NCBI RefSeq assembly: GCF_036321535.1
Contig: NC_087436.1
Span: 71,922,001-71,986,000, forward strand
From: Camelus dromedarius
Lineage: Eukaryota
Reading direction: 5' to 3'
Length of the DNA stretch: 64,000 nt
The notes beneath the pieces are model-generated. The model searched no databases. It was not told where the DNA came from and saw nothing but the letters and a program-made list of their open reading frames with translations. Shown in pieces: positions 29,652 through 42,900 of this stretch (positions are counted from its first letter, which is position 1; every line of letters begins with the position of its first letter). The translations under genes were made by a program, and so were the position numbers.

Positions 29652-30683
29652 TTTATGTCACTCTCCTAAAGTTCAATACATATTGGCGATGATAGATCTT
29701 TAGAAATTGCAGATTTAACACAAACACAATTTTAATTATTTTCAAGCAACTCTGAAAGTCCTTTGCATGTACAAGTTGTGCTAAGACAGACATTTTAATT
29801 AAGAATATTGGGATGTGGAATGAGTCACTCATTCTCTCATTCACTGAATAAATCAAATAGTTGTTCTGCACTTACTATATGCCAGCCAGTCACCTAGGAA
29901 GTCTAGCCAGTGCCCAAAATATTTCAGTATTGTTTTCTGGGTTTCTATTTTTCATGGTTTTTCCAGTCACTCATTACTGTGATACTGGCAAATTCAGAGT
30001 TAAGAAGACAATTTTAAGAATCTACTTACTATATATTCTCTCATACATTTTGATCTTTAAAATGATATTTAACATGGAAAGGTCCTTGTGACTAGGTCTG
30101 ATGAATTAGGTGTAATTTACTTTTCTACTGTGCCTGATTCTCTAATTATTTGGCTGATACCACATATCTCTTGGTTTGTTTTCCCAGCACTCAGAATACC
30201 ATCTTTTGTGTTAATTTGAATGAAATCAAGTTAAATTCTGTTTAAACATGTCCTGAATTCATTATCTCTATAATTTCTCTGTTGGTATAGCTAACTTGCT
30301 ATGGCATATACTCCTAAACATAAACTTTGTTACAATTTATTCTGAAAATTCCTTAATTTTTAGAGTTTTAAGACCAGAACATCAGATACTACAATGATCT
30401 ATGAATTTGATGTATATTCAGAATTGACAGAGTGTGTGAGAAGGTATGTATGATCTCTTAGGTATTAAAATTGGCTGATCAAGTCTGATAGCAATTGATA
30501 AATTCAAATAGATTTGTTATTTGAAGCAGTGAAGCTTTCTATATTGCTAGATATTGCCTTGACAAAAGATGTCTATTAATTTGCAAGGAACAAGTTCATT
30601 TAGATTTGTATTCTGCACTCTGAATTGCACAAATAATCCTGTTAAATGGAAACAAAACGCTAACTTCAAAAATAGCCTTTGAA

Positions 30684-31278
30684 GCACTATATACAATAGC
30701 CAAGACATGGAAACAACCAAAATGTCCATCTACAGATGACTGGATAAAGAAGTTGTAGTATATTTATACAATAGAATACTACTCATTGGTAAAAAATAAT
30801 AAAATAATTCCATTTGCAGCAACATGGATGGACCTAGAGATTGCCATTCTAAGCGAAGTAAGCCAGAAAGAGAAAAACACCATATGATATCATTCATATG
30901 TGGAATCTAAAAAAGAAAAGAAAAAAAGGACACTAATGAACTCATCTATAAAACAGAAATAGACTCGCAGACATAGTAAACATAAAAGAGAAATAGACTT
31001 GCAGACGTAGTAAACAATCTTATGGTTACCGGGGATAAGAAGGTGGGAAGGGATAAATTTGGGAGTTTGAGATTTGCAAATGTTAGCCACTATATATATA
31101 AAAATAGATTAAAAAAACAAGTTTCTTCTGTATAGCACAGGGAACTATATTCAATATCTTGTAGTAACCTTTAATGAAAAAGAATATGAAAACAAATATA
31201 TCTATGTATGTACATGACTGGGACATTGTGCTGTACACCAGAAATTGACACATGGTATCTGACTGTACTTCAGTTTTT
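30684..31278 (+). mobile_element. Lineage-specific LINE-1 3' end with TSD
   Basis: L1 3' sequence (acaatagccaagacatggaaacaacc...); flanked by aaaaatagcctttgaa (30668-30683) and aaaaatggcctttaaa (31279-31294). Confidence 0.9.
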
Positions 31279-31451
31279 AAAAATGGCCTTTAAAATACCA
31301 TAGTGTCCTAATCTAAGGTGAATATTTGTCTTATCATTGTAACTTTTCTAAAATGAGGGAGCATCTTGAAACTAACATGTGTTTGTTTGTTTTTTTTGAT
31401 GAAGTCCAATTGACAATTTTTTTTATGTATCTTTAAAAAAACATTTGTTTT

Positions 31452-31579
31452 TCGTGGGGAGGTAATTAAGTTTTTTTTTTTTAATTTTGTTTTTCAAATG
31501 GAGATGCTAGGGATTGAACCCATGACCTCATGCATGGTAAATATACACTCTACCACTGAGCTATATAGCCTCCCACCCC
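31452..31579 (-). mobile_element. Camelid tRNA-derived SINE (Vic-1-like)
   Basis: Reverse complement carries the A box (tagctcagtggtagag), B box (gggttcaatccc) and the 3' taattacctcccc motif shared with the other copies. Confidence 0.85.
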
Positions 31580-34500
31580 AAATGTGTTTTTTAATGGTGT
31601 CTTTCTTCCTTCTTTCCTCTACTCCAAAAAAAGTTATTATATTAAATTATTATTAGATTATTAAACTGCATCTATAACTGATGACATATTAAATTGGAAG
31701 AATAATGTAAATCAAATGGGATATGAGAGGGTCAGTTTTTATTTCATTTCAATTTCATGTAAGATATATAATTAAAAAGACAAATTGAACAGCTATTCCA
31801 GTGGATTTTTGATTTTGCTGGCATTTCCAATTTCCCATGATTTTTGCTAACTACAGAATTCTAGTACTGTATCATGTCACTATACTCTCTACACAGACTG
31901 GATTTTATGAACATGTATTAGAAACTGCATGTTGAAAATATTTACTTTTGACTTTACTCAACAATGATGTGTTGAGAACAAGGCATTTTACTTAACACCT
32001 TAGCATAATTCTTGGCACTCTGCAGGCATTCAGTAAATATTCATGGAATGATTGACTAAAATAATGAATGCTCAATATATTTAAAAATTAAAGGTTTCTC
32101 TAAAAATTCTTACTAGGATATATGATTAAATTCTATGAATATACTTAACAATGAAGTAAAAACAGAAGGACATGTAGCAAATCCAGCTTGTCAGATTGAA
32201 TCAGAAATCTGACTCCCATTGTTTAAAGAAATAACTAGTAGAAGCTATTGAAAAATCACATGTGTAGTTATTGAATATGAGCAATTATATTTAACACTGT
32301 GACTATATATTGAAAAATATGTATTTTGAGATTTGATGATGTCACCAAAATGAAGGAACTTTTGAAAATGGGTTTTATATCTGATTTCTCCTGAAAATCT
32401 TTTAATGTGATTTATAAATAATAGAAAAAATAGACCTGAATGATTAACTATTTGATTTTTAGATTATTTGTACTATCTTGGGTTCTTAAATGTATCATAC
32501 ATTTGTGAAACCGCTAGCCTTTGCTAAAAATCTAGATCAATTTTCAAAGAAAAATAGTTTTAATTTACTTAAATACATTTGTGTGTTTTGTAAATAAAGC
32601 AGCTGTGTAAGAATATTAACTTTCCTTAATTTTTTCTAAGTCAAATTTATTTCAATTTTGAACATGCTCAAGTGGAGCAGTTTTCATCTCCCTCAGTTTG
32701 GGATTGCTGAAGACACTCCCCCCAGTCATTTCCTCTCTGGGTCTTGTTCCCTCCCAAACCCTTCCTGGAATAGAACAAAGGGTCCTTCTTTCTCTCAAGA
32801 TACTAATTTTTTTCTATATCTTTCCTACACTCTTGGAGAAAAAGAAAGCTTCTCAGACAAGTCTTTCTCTCTGATCTCTAGGGACAATATTCCTATATAT
32901 TCTCCTCTCCCCAGCCTGATAGATTGTTTCTTTTCTCTTCTCATGTCCTTTGCTTTTCCCCAAGTACTTCTCCCAAACATTTGGTCTACTTCAGGAATAC
33001 TTTCAGTTCCTCTAAGAGCTTAAGTTTTAGAAGCCAACGTCGAAAAAGACTTTTGGTCTTTTCATCCTTTTACATCCCTCCTCCAAAGCGTTTAGCACAG
33101 AAAAGCCTAACTTCTTATGGCAAAAATCAACATTTTCTGAAGAAAGGAAGAGAATTTCCTAGATAAAATGTTATCCCATCACATAGGTACTAATATTTTA
33201 TTTTATGGGAACAGGTCACCTTCAGTTTGTGAGTATTTGGTAAATATCCAGTGATGGTAGTGTCAACCCCCCAAATTTGGGGAATTTTCATATAAAATAA
33301 GGGGGATCCTGAAGCATTCTTTAGTGTCAGATTAAGATAGAAGGTAAGGATCTTTAGAGAAATGATCGCTCCTACAATGTATTGGAGAATGATAAAGTAG
33401 AACTGCTTAACAGTGAGACTTAATTCATTTAAAAAGTTTTAAAATAGTGCTGAACACCAGAGGAAACATGAATAATACATAGTAACTATTATCTCTTGCA
33501 TTTAACACTGAGACCGAAGTAATTCACTCCAAGTTCACAGACTGTTAGGGGCCGAGTTCAGAACTGACTCTAGCTCCTATTTTAACATTCATCTTATATC
33601 AGAATTCTGCTAAGTGCCTGGCACTATTCTAGGCACTTAACATGTATATATAAATTGAAATAAAATAACAAAATTTTCTAGTATTTTAAAAAAATTTTCG
33701 ACAATGAGTGTGTATATGTCCATGAATAACTGAAAAATTGTGCTGAACACTGGAATTTGATACATTGTAAAATGATTATAAATCAATAAAAAATGTTAAA
33801 AAAAAATTTCTCCCCTTAGGGATTCCATTATTAGTCTTGGTTGCTTTTAACTGTGCCATTTTAAGATTCTGAAACAGGGAAAATGTAAAGGTTCTTCACA
33901 AAGAATGTGTAGGTTAGCCTTGCAAATGTTTCCTGGAGTCGCCTGTTCACGTAACAGTAACAAAGAATAAGATAGATGTGAGTGGCTGTGTGTATTCTCT
34001 CTTTCGTTTTCTCTCTCTCCACCAAGAGCATATCCTGTTTGCTAAACATATTGGACCCTTCATTCCCATTTTTTTGCTTGTTTTTTTTTTTTTTGACACC
34101 ATAATTGCCACATACACATGTACCTGTGTGCTTACAACATGCAATAGCAATAAAAATAGATACAGTAATAATAGCCAACATTTACCAAGTACTTGTTATG
34201 CACCTGGTGCTCTCTAGGCACTTCACATGTATTAAATCACTGAATCATTTAAAACAAATTCATATCCCCCATTTATAGTTGAGGAAATTTAGGCATAAGT
34301 TAAGCAACAGGTCAAATGGCAAAAACTAGTAAATGGCAGCCTGTGAGCTTGGTCACTTCTCTCTGAACGTAGAAGTGGCATGTAAGAGCTGTGTGGTCTT
34401 CTTGTACGTCATGAGGTTTTGACAGCAGATCAGAGGAGAGAGGACTTCTACAAACTAAGTTTAATGTCCCTGGAATCATTTTGCTAATTTGTGTGTAGTA

Positions 34501-35779
34501 TGGCACCCACTGTGATATTTTAAAGACTTACCACATTGGAAGAGGTAAATTGATGTCAGGTATTGTAGAAAACTGATCTTATAATCCCTTGTGTTACTTC
34601 ACCTTGTTGTCCCTTACAAATGCCTCTTCACTGATGTGTTAAGGGGGCTCAGCAGAACATGTGAGACATAACAAATATTTTAAAGTATTTCCCCAAATTA
34701 GATCATGTCATATTCAAGTTAGTGATTCTTAGCATTGAAGCTTTTCAGAGCTGTTAGCTGTCACCCACATTATAGAATGATGGGACTCATTTGTTGACTC
34801 TCTATCTGGTAATATCTTCCTGATTGATAATGCAAATTCCAGACTCAGCATTTCTTCTCCCCACAGCTAGGCTACTCCCTGGAGGTCACTTTTGTGTGTG
34901 GACTTTCTGTAATTCATTTGCCCAGAGTATACTTTTCAATGGACAGAGTTCACTCTTTGTTGATCAGAGTTGTAAAGTATTTGCTGTCTGCCTGAGTTTT
35001 GCAAATTATCTGTGGTAAAGGATTAAAGTGTAAACATCAGGCCATTGGCCTTTAACGCGATGAATGGCCTGATGTTATAGTTTAAAAATCTTGAAATGAA
35101 TTCATTCTTTAATATATTTAAGGGTTTCTGCAGGATGCTTTGTTGTATGCAAAAGGAATTAACTATAGTCGGGGTGATTCTAAGGTTTAAGGAGTTTGAT
35201 ATTTATATATATTAAAATTTAAAAGTACTATGAATGAAGTGCTTTTTGCTTGTATTTCTATTCAGCACTTATGGCCGAATGTCTTTTATTATAGATATTT
35301 TTTTGGGCTGTCTCTGCTTTTTACTTTGTAAAATCCTTGGGAGAAATTACTGTACATATGGATATTTTTGTGCATATCATAAAGACTCAAAATTGCTTTA
35401 ATACAGTGTATATTCTCAAGACAGATTTTGAACTATTTGTTCAAATTAAACACAATTACAAATCTCCTTCATTATTTTCACAAGATTATTTAAGTTTTAG
35501 TGTCGAGATAGATAGGTATGGTTGCCAAGATAGGCACTGTATCATTAAATCAGTGAGTATATGTGATTAACCAATAATTGTTTGTGAGGATAACCAAGTA
35601 ATATTACACAGAAATGTCCATTTGCAACTCAGTGGGACTGCAAATAAGTAAAAGTAGAAATTTATTATCTTTCCTATCAAGGTAAGCCTGGTTTTGATTA
35701 TGTCACATGTATGTATAATCTATCAACAATTACTGAGTGAATTCTCACTGTATGTTTCACTATATATTTATCTCTATTA

Positions 35780-36760
35780 GGTACTATTGGTGATATTTCT
35801 ATCAGGATGTCTAACAGATATTTCAAACTTAACAAAGTCAAACAAAACTATCAATTACTTTCCTTAAACCTGTATACCTTCTTCCACCTTCTTCTCCATC
35901 TGTCCCCCAAGCCTTCCCCAGCTTCATGAATGGCTCCAGCATTCTTTCATTTTTTTAGGTCAACACTTACAAGTCATTGTTGAGTCTTTTTTTTCCTTCA
36001 CACCTCACATCCAATTTATTGGTAAGAGCCGATAGCTCTACTCCCAAAATGTATTCAGAATCTGACCACTGATTGTCTTTTCCTTTGCTATAACCCTAAT
36101 CTAAACTACCATCATCTCTTGCTGGGCTGCTTCCAAGCCTGTTGGTTTCCCTACCTCCACTCTTGTCCACCATGATCTACTACATCCAGAGAGCGATCTT
36201 TCTAAAATTTGTATTAGATCTTGTTATGCTGCTGCTTAAGAATTTACCTATATGCTTTGCACAACCACCAGGATAAAGTTCAAGGTCTTTACTGATGTCT
36301 AGGGAGTCAGCTTCTGTCTCCTTCTGAACCTCATCTCCTTCTACTCTCCCCTTGTTCACTGCACTATAGCCATCCTGGCCTCCTTTTTGTCCCTTCCTAG
36401 AGCTTCTTCACTTACTGTGAATGCCCCTCGCCTCTACCTGCAGTCTTACCATGACTGTCTCTTTGTCATCATACAGATCTCAACTGAAATGCCACCTCCT
36501 CAGACAGGTCTTCTCTGACACTCTCATAAAGTCATACCCCTTTACTAGTCACACTCTCAGTACCTGATTTTATTATCTTCAACTTATCAGCACATAAAGT
36601 TAGCTCTTTATTTATTTATTTGTTTATTTGCTGTCTTTTCTACTGGAATGCAAGCTCCTTGAGGGCAAGGAGCATATATATGTTTTGCTCAATGCTGAAT
36701 CTACAGCACCTGGAATAGAGGCTGGCACATGGTAGGTCATCAGAAATTTTTGTTGATGAG
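35780..36760 (+). mobile_element. LINE-2 remnant
   Basis: L2 3' hallmarks (actggaatgcaagctccttgagggcaagg...gcacctggaatagaggctggcacatggtagg). Confidence 0.75.
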
Positions 36761-38399
36761 CTGGCTTACTGGCCTTTTTATTCTTTTTGTAAAGCAAAGG
36801 ACATGGAACCAGGTATCTGTGACTTTTCTAGTCCTAAGATTTTGCTTTAGTCTCTTAAAGCTCTGTTGGTCTGAATAATGAGGATAGCAAAATGTTCAGG
36901 ATGTACCCATACGCTAAAACCTATAGTAAGTCACACCTCTGACCACCCTGCCCCACAGAGCTCTCTCCGGCCTTTTCTATGTGGACAACTTCAGAGTCTC
37001 TAAAGGGCAGTGTATAGTCAGCCATATGCTGTTTTGCCTTCTTAAAGTGCTCTTGCATGTATGTCTATAGGTATAGTTTCATTTGAACACTCTCAAGGTA
37101 AGAGCCTGTGCTGGTCCCAGCCTGCTTTTCCTCTGGTAATAGTGATACTACTAGCTAAAATCCAGTAAGTGCCAATATGTGCCAGGCACTGTTTATGTCT
37201 GACATGCTTGAACTGCTTTAATCCTCACAGTGATCTCATGAATTAACATTATCCCCAACATTAAGGAGATATAATCAAGGCACAGAGAATTGAAATAGCT
37301 TGCCCAATTCCACACAACCAGTAGTGAGGCTGGCGTTTAAACTTGGGAAGTCTGTTCCTAAGTCTGTGCTTTTAACTCCTGATAATGCCTCATATAGTAC
37401 CTAGCATAGACACTAGAAATATGTGGGAAATATAATAGACATTAGATATTCATGTGACTACACTGAATGAATGAATGACAGAGAGAGAAAAACATGACGT
37501 AGCAGTTCTAGCAGTGGCTGTATTATCTCATCCAGAAAAATGCCCAAATAATTACTACTGAAAGGATGCACATTACCACCAATGCCTTGTTTTTCCTGGT
37601 TGCTACCTTCACGTGGCTTGCATTTGTATTTTTAATTCCAGTCCACTCTGTCTCTGCCTAATCCAGCAGTTTTGTATCTGAGTACCCATCTGTCTTCAAA
37701 CAAATTCCATAGATGTCTTATCTAACCTCTTGAGCTTGAAAGGCAATCGTTAGTACAACTAAACTGAAAACAACCTCAAACCTAATCTTCCTAGGATGAG
37801 CAGGACTTTGTGTGGCTTAGAAGGACTTTGCTTTTAGAGTTATGAAAGAGTATTCTTGCTACAGGGCTTCTAGAAGTGGCAAAGCAGTAGTTGAAGAGAA
37901 TGTAAGTTAAACTATTTTAAGATAAAGCTTTGTATGCCTGTTTTTAAACCAGTAAAATAAAATAATATGAGACAGTAGATTCCAGGTTTAATTTATTGCC
38001 ATATTATCTAAAATCTGAAATATTCATGGACCCTTTGCTGTCTGATTCCCAGCGTGGTTGCCCGTGTCTGTTTTCCTCTTCAGCTTGCTCTGCCACCTCC
38101 AGCAACTCTCTTGGCTGCTGCAGCCACTGGGGTTGTTACAGGAAAGGTAAAAGGCAAGGCCTCTGTGACACTTAGAGACCTTATTTTAGGAGAGCAAAGA
38201 ATAAAGCATAAAACAAGAAGGGTAGATCCTCCTGCCAGCTTCTACAGCTCAAACCCAAGGAAAAATATTTCCACTGCCAATGCCAATGGATGTAGATTTG
38301 CGAATGTAATGGAAGTTTTTAGAGACTATCAGTAGAGAACAACTGCTTTAATTTTTTGAAAGGTATCATAGATTAGATCTACACATAGATTCAATCTGT

Positions 38400-38645
38400 A
38401 CCCTCCTGACCCCAGACCGTGTGACTTCAGAATCCTCGCTCTGTTTCTCACTAACTGTTGACCTTGGGTAAGTTACTTAACTTCAGTAACTTTACCTTAA
38501 CCTCAGAGTCCTCAGTTGTAAAATAGAGATAATAACAGTGCTGGTGGCCTTATGAGGTTCTGAGGAGTGAATGAGCTATTGCTGAGCGCTGCTGAGAACA
38601 GGAATTGGCACGTTGTAGGCTCTGTGTAAGTGTCTGTTAAATAAG
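38400..38645. mobile_element. MIR SINE
   Basis: gaccttgggtaagttacttaac...tgtaaaatagagataataacag MIR core. Confidence 0.65.
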
Positions 38646-41600
38646 CTGCTGCCATTTTTCTCCTGACACACTCAGCAATGCCTCAGTACAGTTGATACAG
38701 TTCTAACCTAACATAAAGGCACTTGAGATTTTAGTTAGTGTTTGCAGTCTCATCGTGAATAAACACAAAATTTCTATTATTATTTGCAATATTAACAATA
38801 ATTATGCTTTCACTGAGATCAAAGAGTTGATGGAAAATAGGCTAGGAACTGCTTCTCTGTTTACTCATCCATTCCCTCAACAAATATTTGTGAATGAATA
38901 CTTATAAATACTACATGCCAGGATGTATGTGTAATATTAAATTACTTAAATCTTAAATTTGCTAGAGATGCATGTTTAATAATCTTTCTTAGTTCTCTGC
39001 ACAATGCAATCACTTTGCATATTTTTACTCAGTAAGTTTAATTAAAGGGTTTAACAACTCTCTATTAGGTGTCTAGTACTGGCCTGAGATTTTGTGGAGA
39101 ATACAATAAGTAGGACAAATCTTTACTCTTATAAAAAATTACAATTAAATCATAAAATTCAAGAGTTATGACTAAGAAATGAAACAAAGTCGTAAAAATG
39201 TTACAAGAGAGCGAGAAGACTGTAAGACTGAGGGAGAAAATGCTAAGTATGCTCTGAAGAGTAAGAGGATTTATATAAATAGAAAGCAAGAAGAAGTCAT
39301 CTTGGTGGGAGACCACCTAGTACATCAAGACTTTGGTCTGGAAATGAACTTGATATGCTGGGAAAGATGAAGATGACCTTGCAGCACCTCGCACAGTCTT
39401 CCCTCTCATGGTGTTGTGTACTTGGTAGGCTTGCAAAAAAATATTACACTGAATATTACTGACTTAATAGAGAACTTATATGTGAAAGAGAAAGAAAAGA
39501 TTATGCTACAGAGATCATTCCTTCATTTATTTGTTCATTTATTTACTCATCCATTCAACAAATATTAAACACATGTTATATGCCAATCATCTGCTATCCA
39601 GTGGGGATATTGCAGTGATGGAGAAAGATAAAGCCTCTGCTTTCGTGGCTGTTGTAAACTAGTGGAATCAGATTCCTGAACATTTTGAATACCAGGATAA
39701 AGAGCCTGGAATTTATTTAAAATGTAATGGGGAAATATTAAAAGACTTTAAGGAGAGGAAAGTTATAGAATTAATCAGAGTATGTAAGGACTCGAGGTAT
39801 GTATTAACTAAGAATTTATTGTAATAACTTAGGCATGATTTGGTGAGAGCCTGAACCAGAGTTGTGTCAGTGTTTGGGGGGATAAGGATAAATGTGAGAT
39901 TTTAAAAGATGGATCCAAACTATTTAAGGACAGACTGGATATTTGAGGTTAAGGAGAAGGAGGTATTAAAATTACTGTAAGTTTGTAAAAACGTGTCACA
40001 TAGAGAATTAGGTAATAATAAGCCAAATGGGTAAATTTGGGAAAAAATGAGATGAGGGTGGTGGGAAGATGACAAATTGACTTTGAACATATTGACATCC
40101 TGAACTTATGTCAAGTGGATTTTAAGGGGAGGAATAAATCTTCAGGTGTCTTGACAGTGACCATAGTAAAAATTACACTTCAGTTAATGACTTAATACAG
40201 ACATATATAGCAAACATTTCACAAAATGATGTTTATCCTACTATATGTAATACATTCTGATCAATTCTGTTTATTTTATTTTACTAAAAAATGCTGGTCA
40301 TGACACAAAATTTATTTTTTGTGACCCTGTTTGAAAAACTGTTCAAAAGGTAATTGAAAATCAAGATCTTATTGTGGTTGGTGGGTTGTAGAGATTCTTG
40401 GCAATAAGGAGTAAGCTAATACAGATTTTGGATTTTGCCATAAGGCATTAGAAAATAAGTTCAAGTTCACAGGTATAGAAATTCTTAGATGATCATGGCT
40501 ACAAACAGAGACTGCAGCACATGAATAAGCTAGACATACCCTGGAGTGTGGATAACAAAGAATATTAGAAACAGCCTGCAATCTAATCATTTTTCCCCAT
40601 AAAACGTGTTTTAGTTTAAAAAGAAGGGTATCTGTATTAATGTCTGACTACACCAGAGTTTTCCTGTTGAGTAAAGGAGTGTTACTCATACCCTCCCCTC
40701 CTCATCCTTGCAGACACATCCCACATTTGCTATTTCCCAGGAATATGCTCACAATTTTAAGGTATAGTCAAAATGAACCAGAGAAACCTCTGAAGGGACT
40801 GATTTAGGTTGTTGTAGCTGTCAGTTTAATTTGGCTGATGAAGAAGTAATAGCACTTGTGTGGTAAGGGATCTTAAGTTTCTCTGTACACGGCCTTACTT
40901 CACAGGGTGGTTGAGTCATTGGAAAGATTTTCATATTTGAACTTGTCCAGTACCCCCTTTGTTTGCTCACTTAAACTGCATACAAAAGAATATAAATGGG
41001 AATTAGTATTGGCTTGGGACTTGGATCTGGGTGGGGAGTGCAAAGAAGTGTCAGCCATATGGCAACAGGCTAAGAATTGAGCAACAGTCTGGGCAATGAG
41101 TGTGGCTGCTGGGCCAATGGGATATCACATTGGGCTATTTACACAGATCTCCATATGCCTAATGGCAAGAATGTGTTAGCTTCTTTAGTGGGTCAAGATT
41201 GAAGTAAGTCAGCCTCTGCTGACATGTTTGCCTCCATTTTATCCCTCTAACTAAACTAATTCCCAGATTTGCTACCAATAAGATACAAAAAATGTGGGAG
41301 GACATGCAGTATCAATATCAAGTTGCTCATGGCCTCTTACCACGTGAGTGCAGTTGACTCTTGCTCAGTCAGATTAAACTGACAGTCAATGAAAGTTTGG
41401 AATGGCTTCCATATCCAAGGCACGCACTGGATCTGGTGTTAGATATAGTGAGCACAACACACAGGGTGCGCTTTCAAGGACCTTGTTATACTGGGGATGT
41501 AGGACATAAATTGCAGCATTTCAATTGTAAGGAAACAGTGATTGAACAACCGTAATGATCCAAAAAAGAAAAAGAGAAAAATAAGTTTCTGAACAACCAA

Positions 41601-42900
41601 ATAGACATTCCAAAGTTCGAGTACCAAAGTTCAGGCCGTGAGGGCTATTTACAAGGATCAGTTAACCTCTGTCCTGGTGGGGCAGGACCTGCATGGTGAG
41701 AGTTGAAGAACTATGGAACCACTGCCTCAGGGTCTGTTCGTCACTTGGTTACCTGTCTGAGATTCCACTAGGAATTCACTGACAGAGCAGCAGACCTTCT
41801 AAAATGCCTCTATTTCTAAAAAGATTAGGTGTGGTTTTGTACATGGAATAGACTATTGAGGAAATTTGGGGCATGGGACTGAGATTTAAAAAAAAAGACT
41901 TAGATTTTGTGGAGTTAGTTTAATAAAGTTGTTTATCTTTAACACCCACTTGAATTTGCCCACAAATTCAGAAATGACAGTTTTGGCATGAGGTACCCAC
42001 TAGGGAGGAGGCACATAGAGTAGAGGTGGGTGCCAGTAGGGGTCTTGGGGCACCTAAGAGAAAAGTAATACTGGAGTGCATCCAGGACATGCATTTGAGG
42101 TGTTCAGAGGGCAGTGGAATGGGAGAGAGGATTTATCACGGACCACAGTGAGGGCCTGGAGAGGGAGATGAGTACCACAAACAGACTTTTCTTACTTTTC
42201 AGTTTAGCCCGAGCTAATAAGTCTCTCTGCTCTAGTGCATGCCCTCATGTTTTTTGACTGCTGCAACTTTTTCCATTTGCCTCAAATATTCAACTCCAAG
42301 ACCTTCATTCTCAGCAATCCTTCCCTTACGGAGAAAATAAAAGCCACAGTCAGTGGAACCCTTGTCATTGGCTTCTAAATGCTCATCAGTAAAAATTTTC
42401 AGTGACTCTCAACCCTCTTTAGTTGCCTCCCTTGGCATCAAAATTTCTTGAAAAGTTATCTATACTGGGCTTATTTATTCCACGACTCCAATTTACTTTT
42501 CCAGCCACTCCAGTCTGGTTTTTGGTCTCATCATTCTATTGAAACAGTTCTATTAAGGACATTAGTAACAATTTTTTTTTCCCAGTTCTTGTCTACTATG
42601 CCTGTCAGTAGTATTTGTAACTCTTTACCTATTTCACCGTAAACATTCTCTTCCCTTGGATTCCCTGGTATAATAACACTGCCTCTTCTCTGGCCACCTG
42701 TTCTTTGATCTTTGATCTTTCTCAAGACTCCATAACAGGCTTCTCCTTGTCCCATGCTATTCTCTTCCCTGGCTATCTCAATCTTGCACTGTTTGATGAC
42801 TCGCAAATAATATTCCAAGCTTAGGCCTTGCCTCTGACCTCTAAACTCTGTAACTATCTACCTGAATGTCTCTCTTTTTTTCAATGTCCTTTTATCACTT

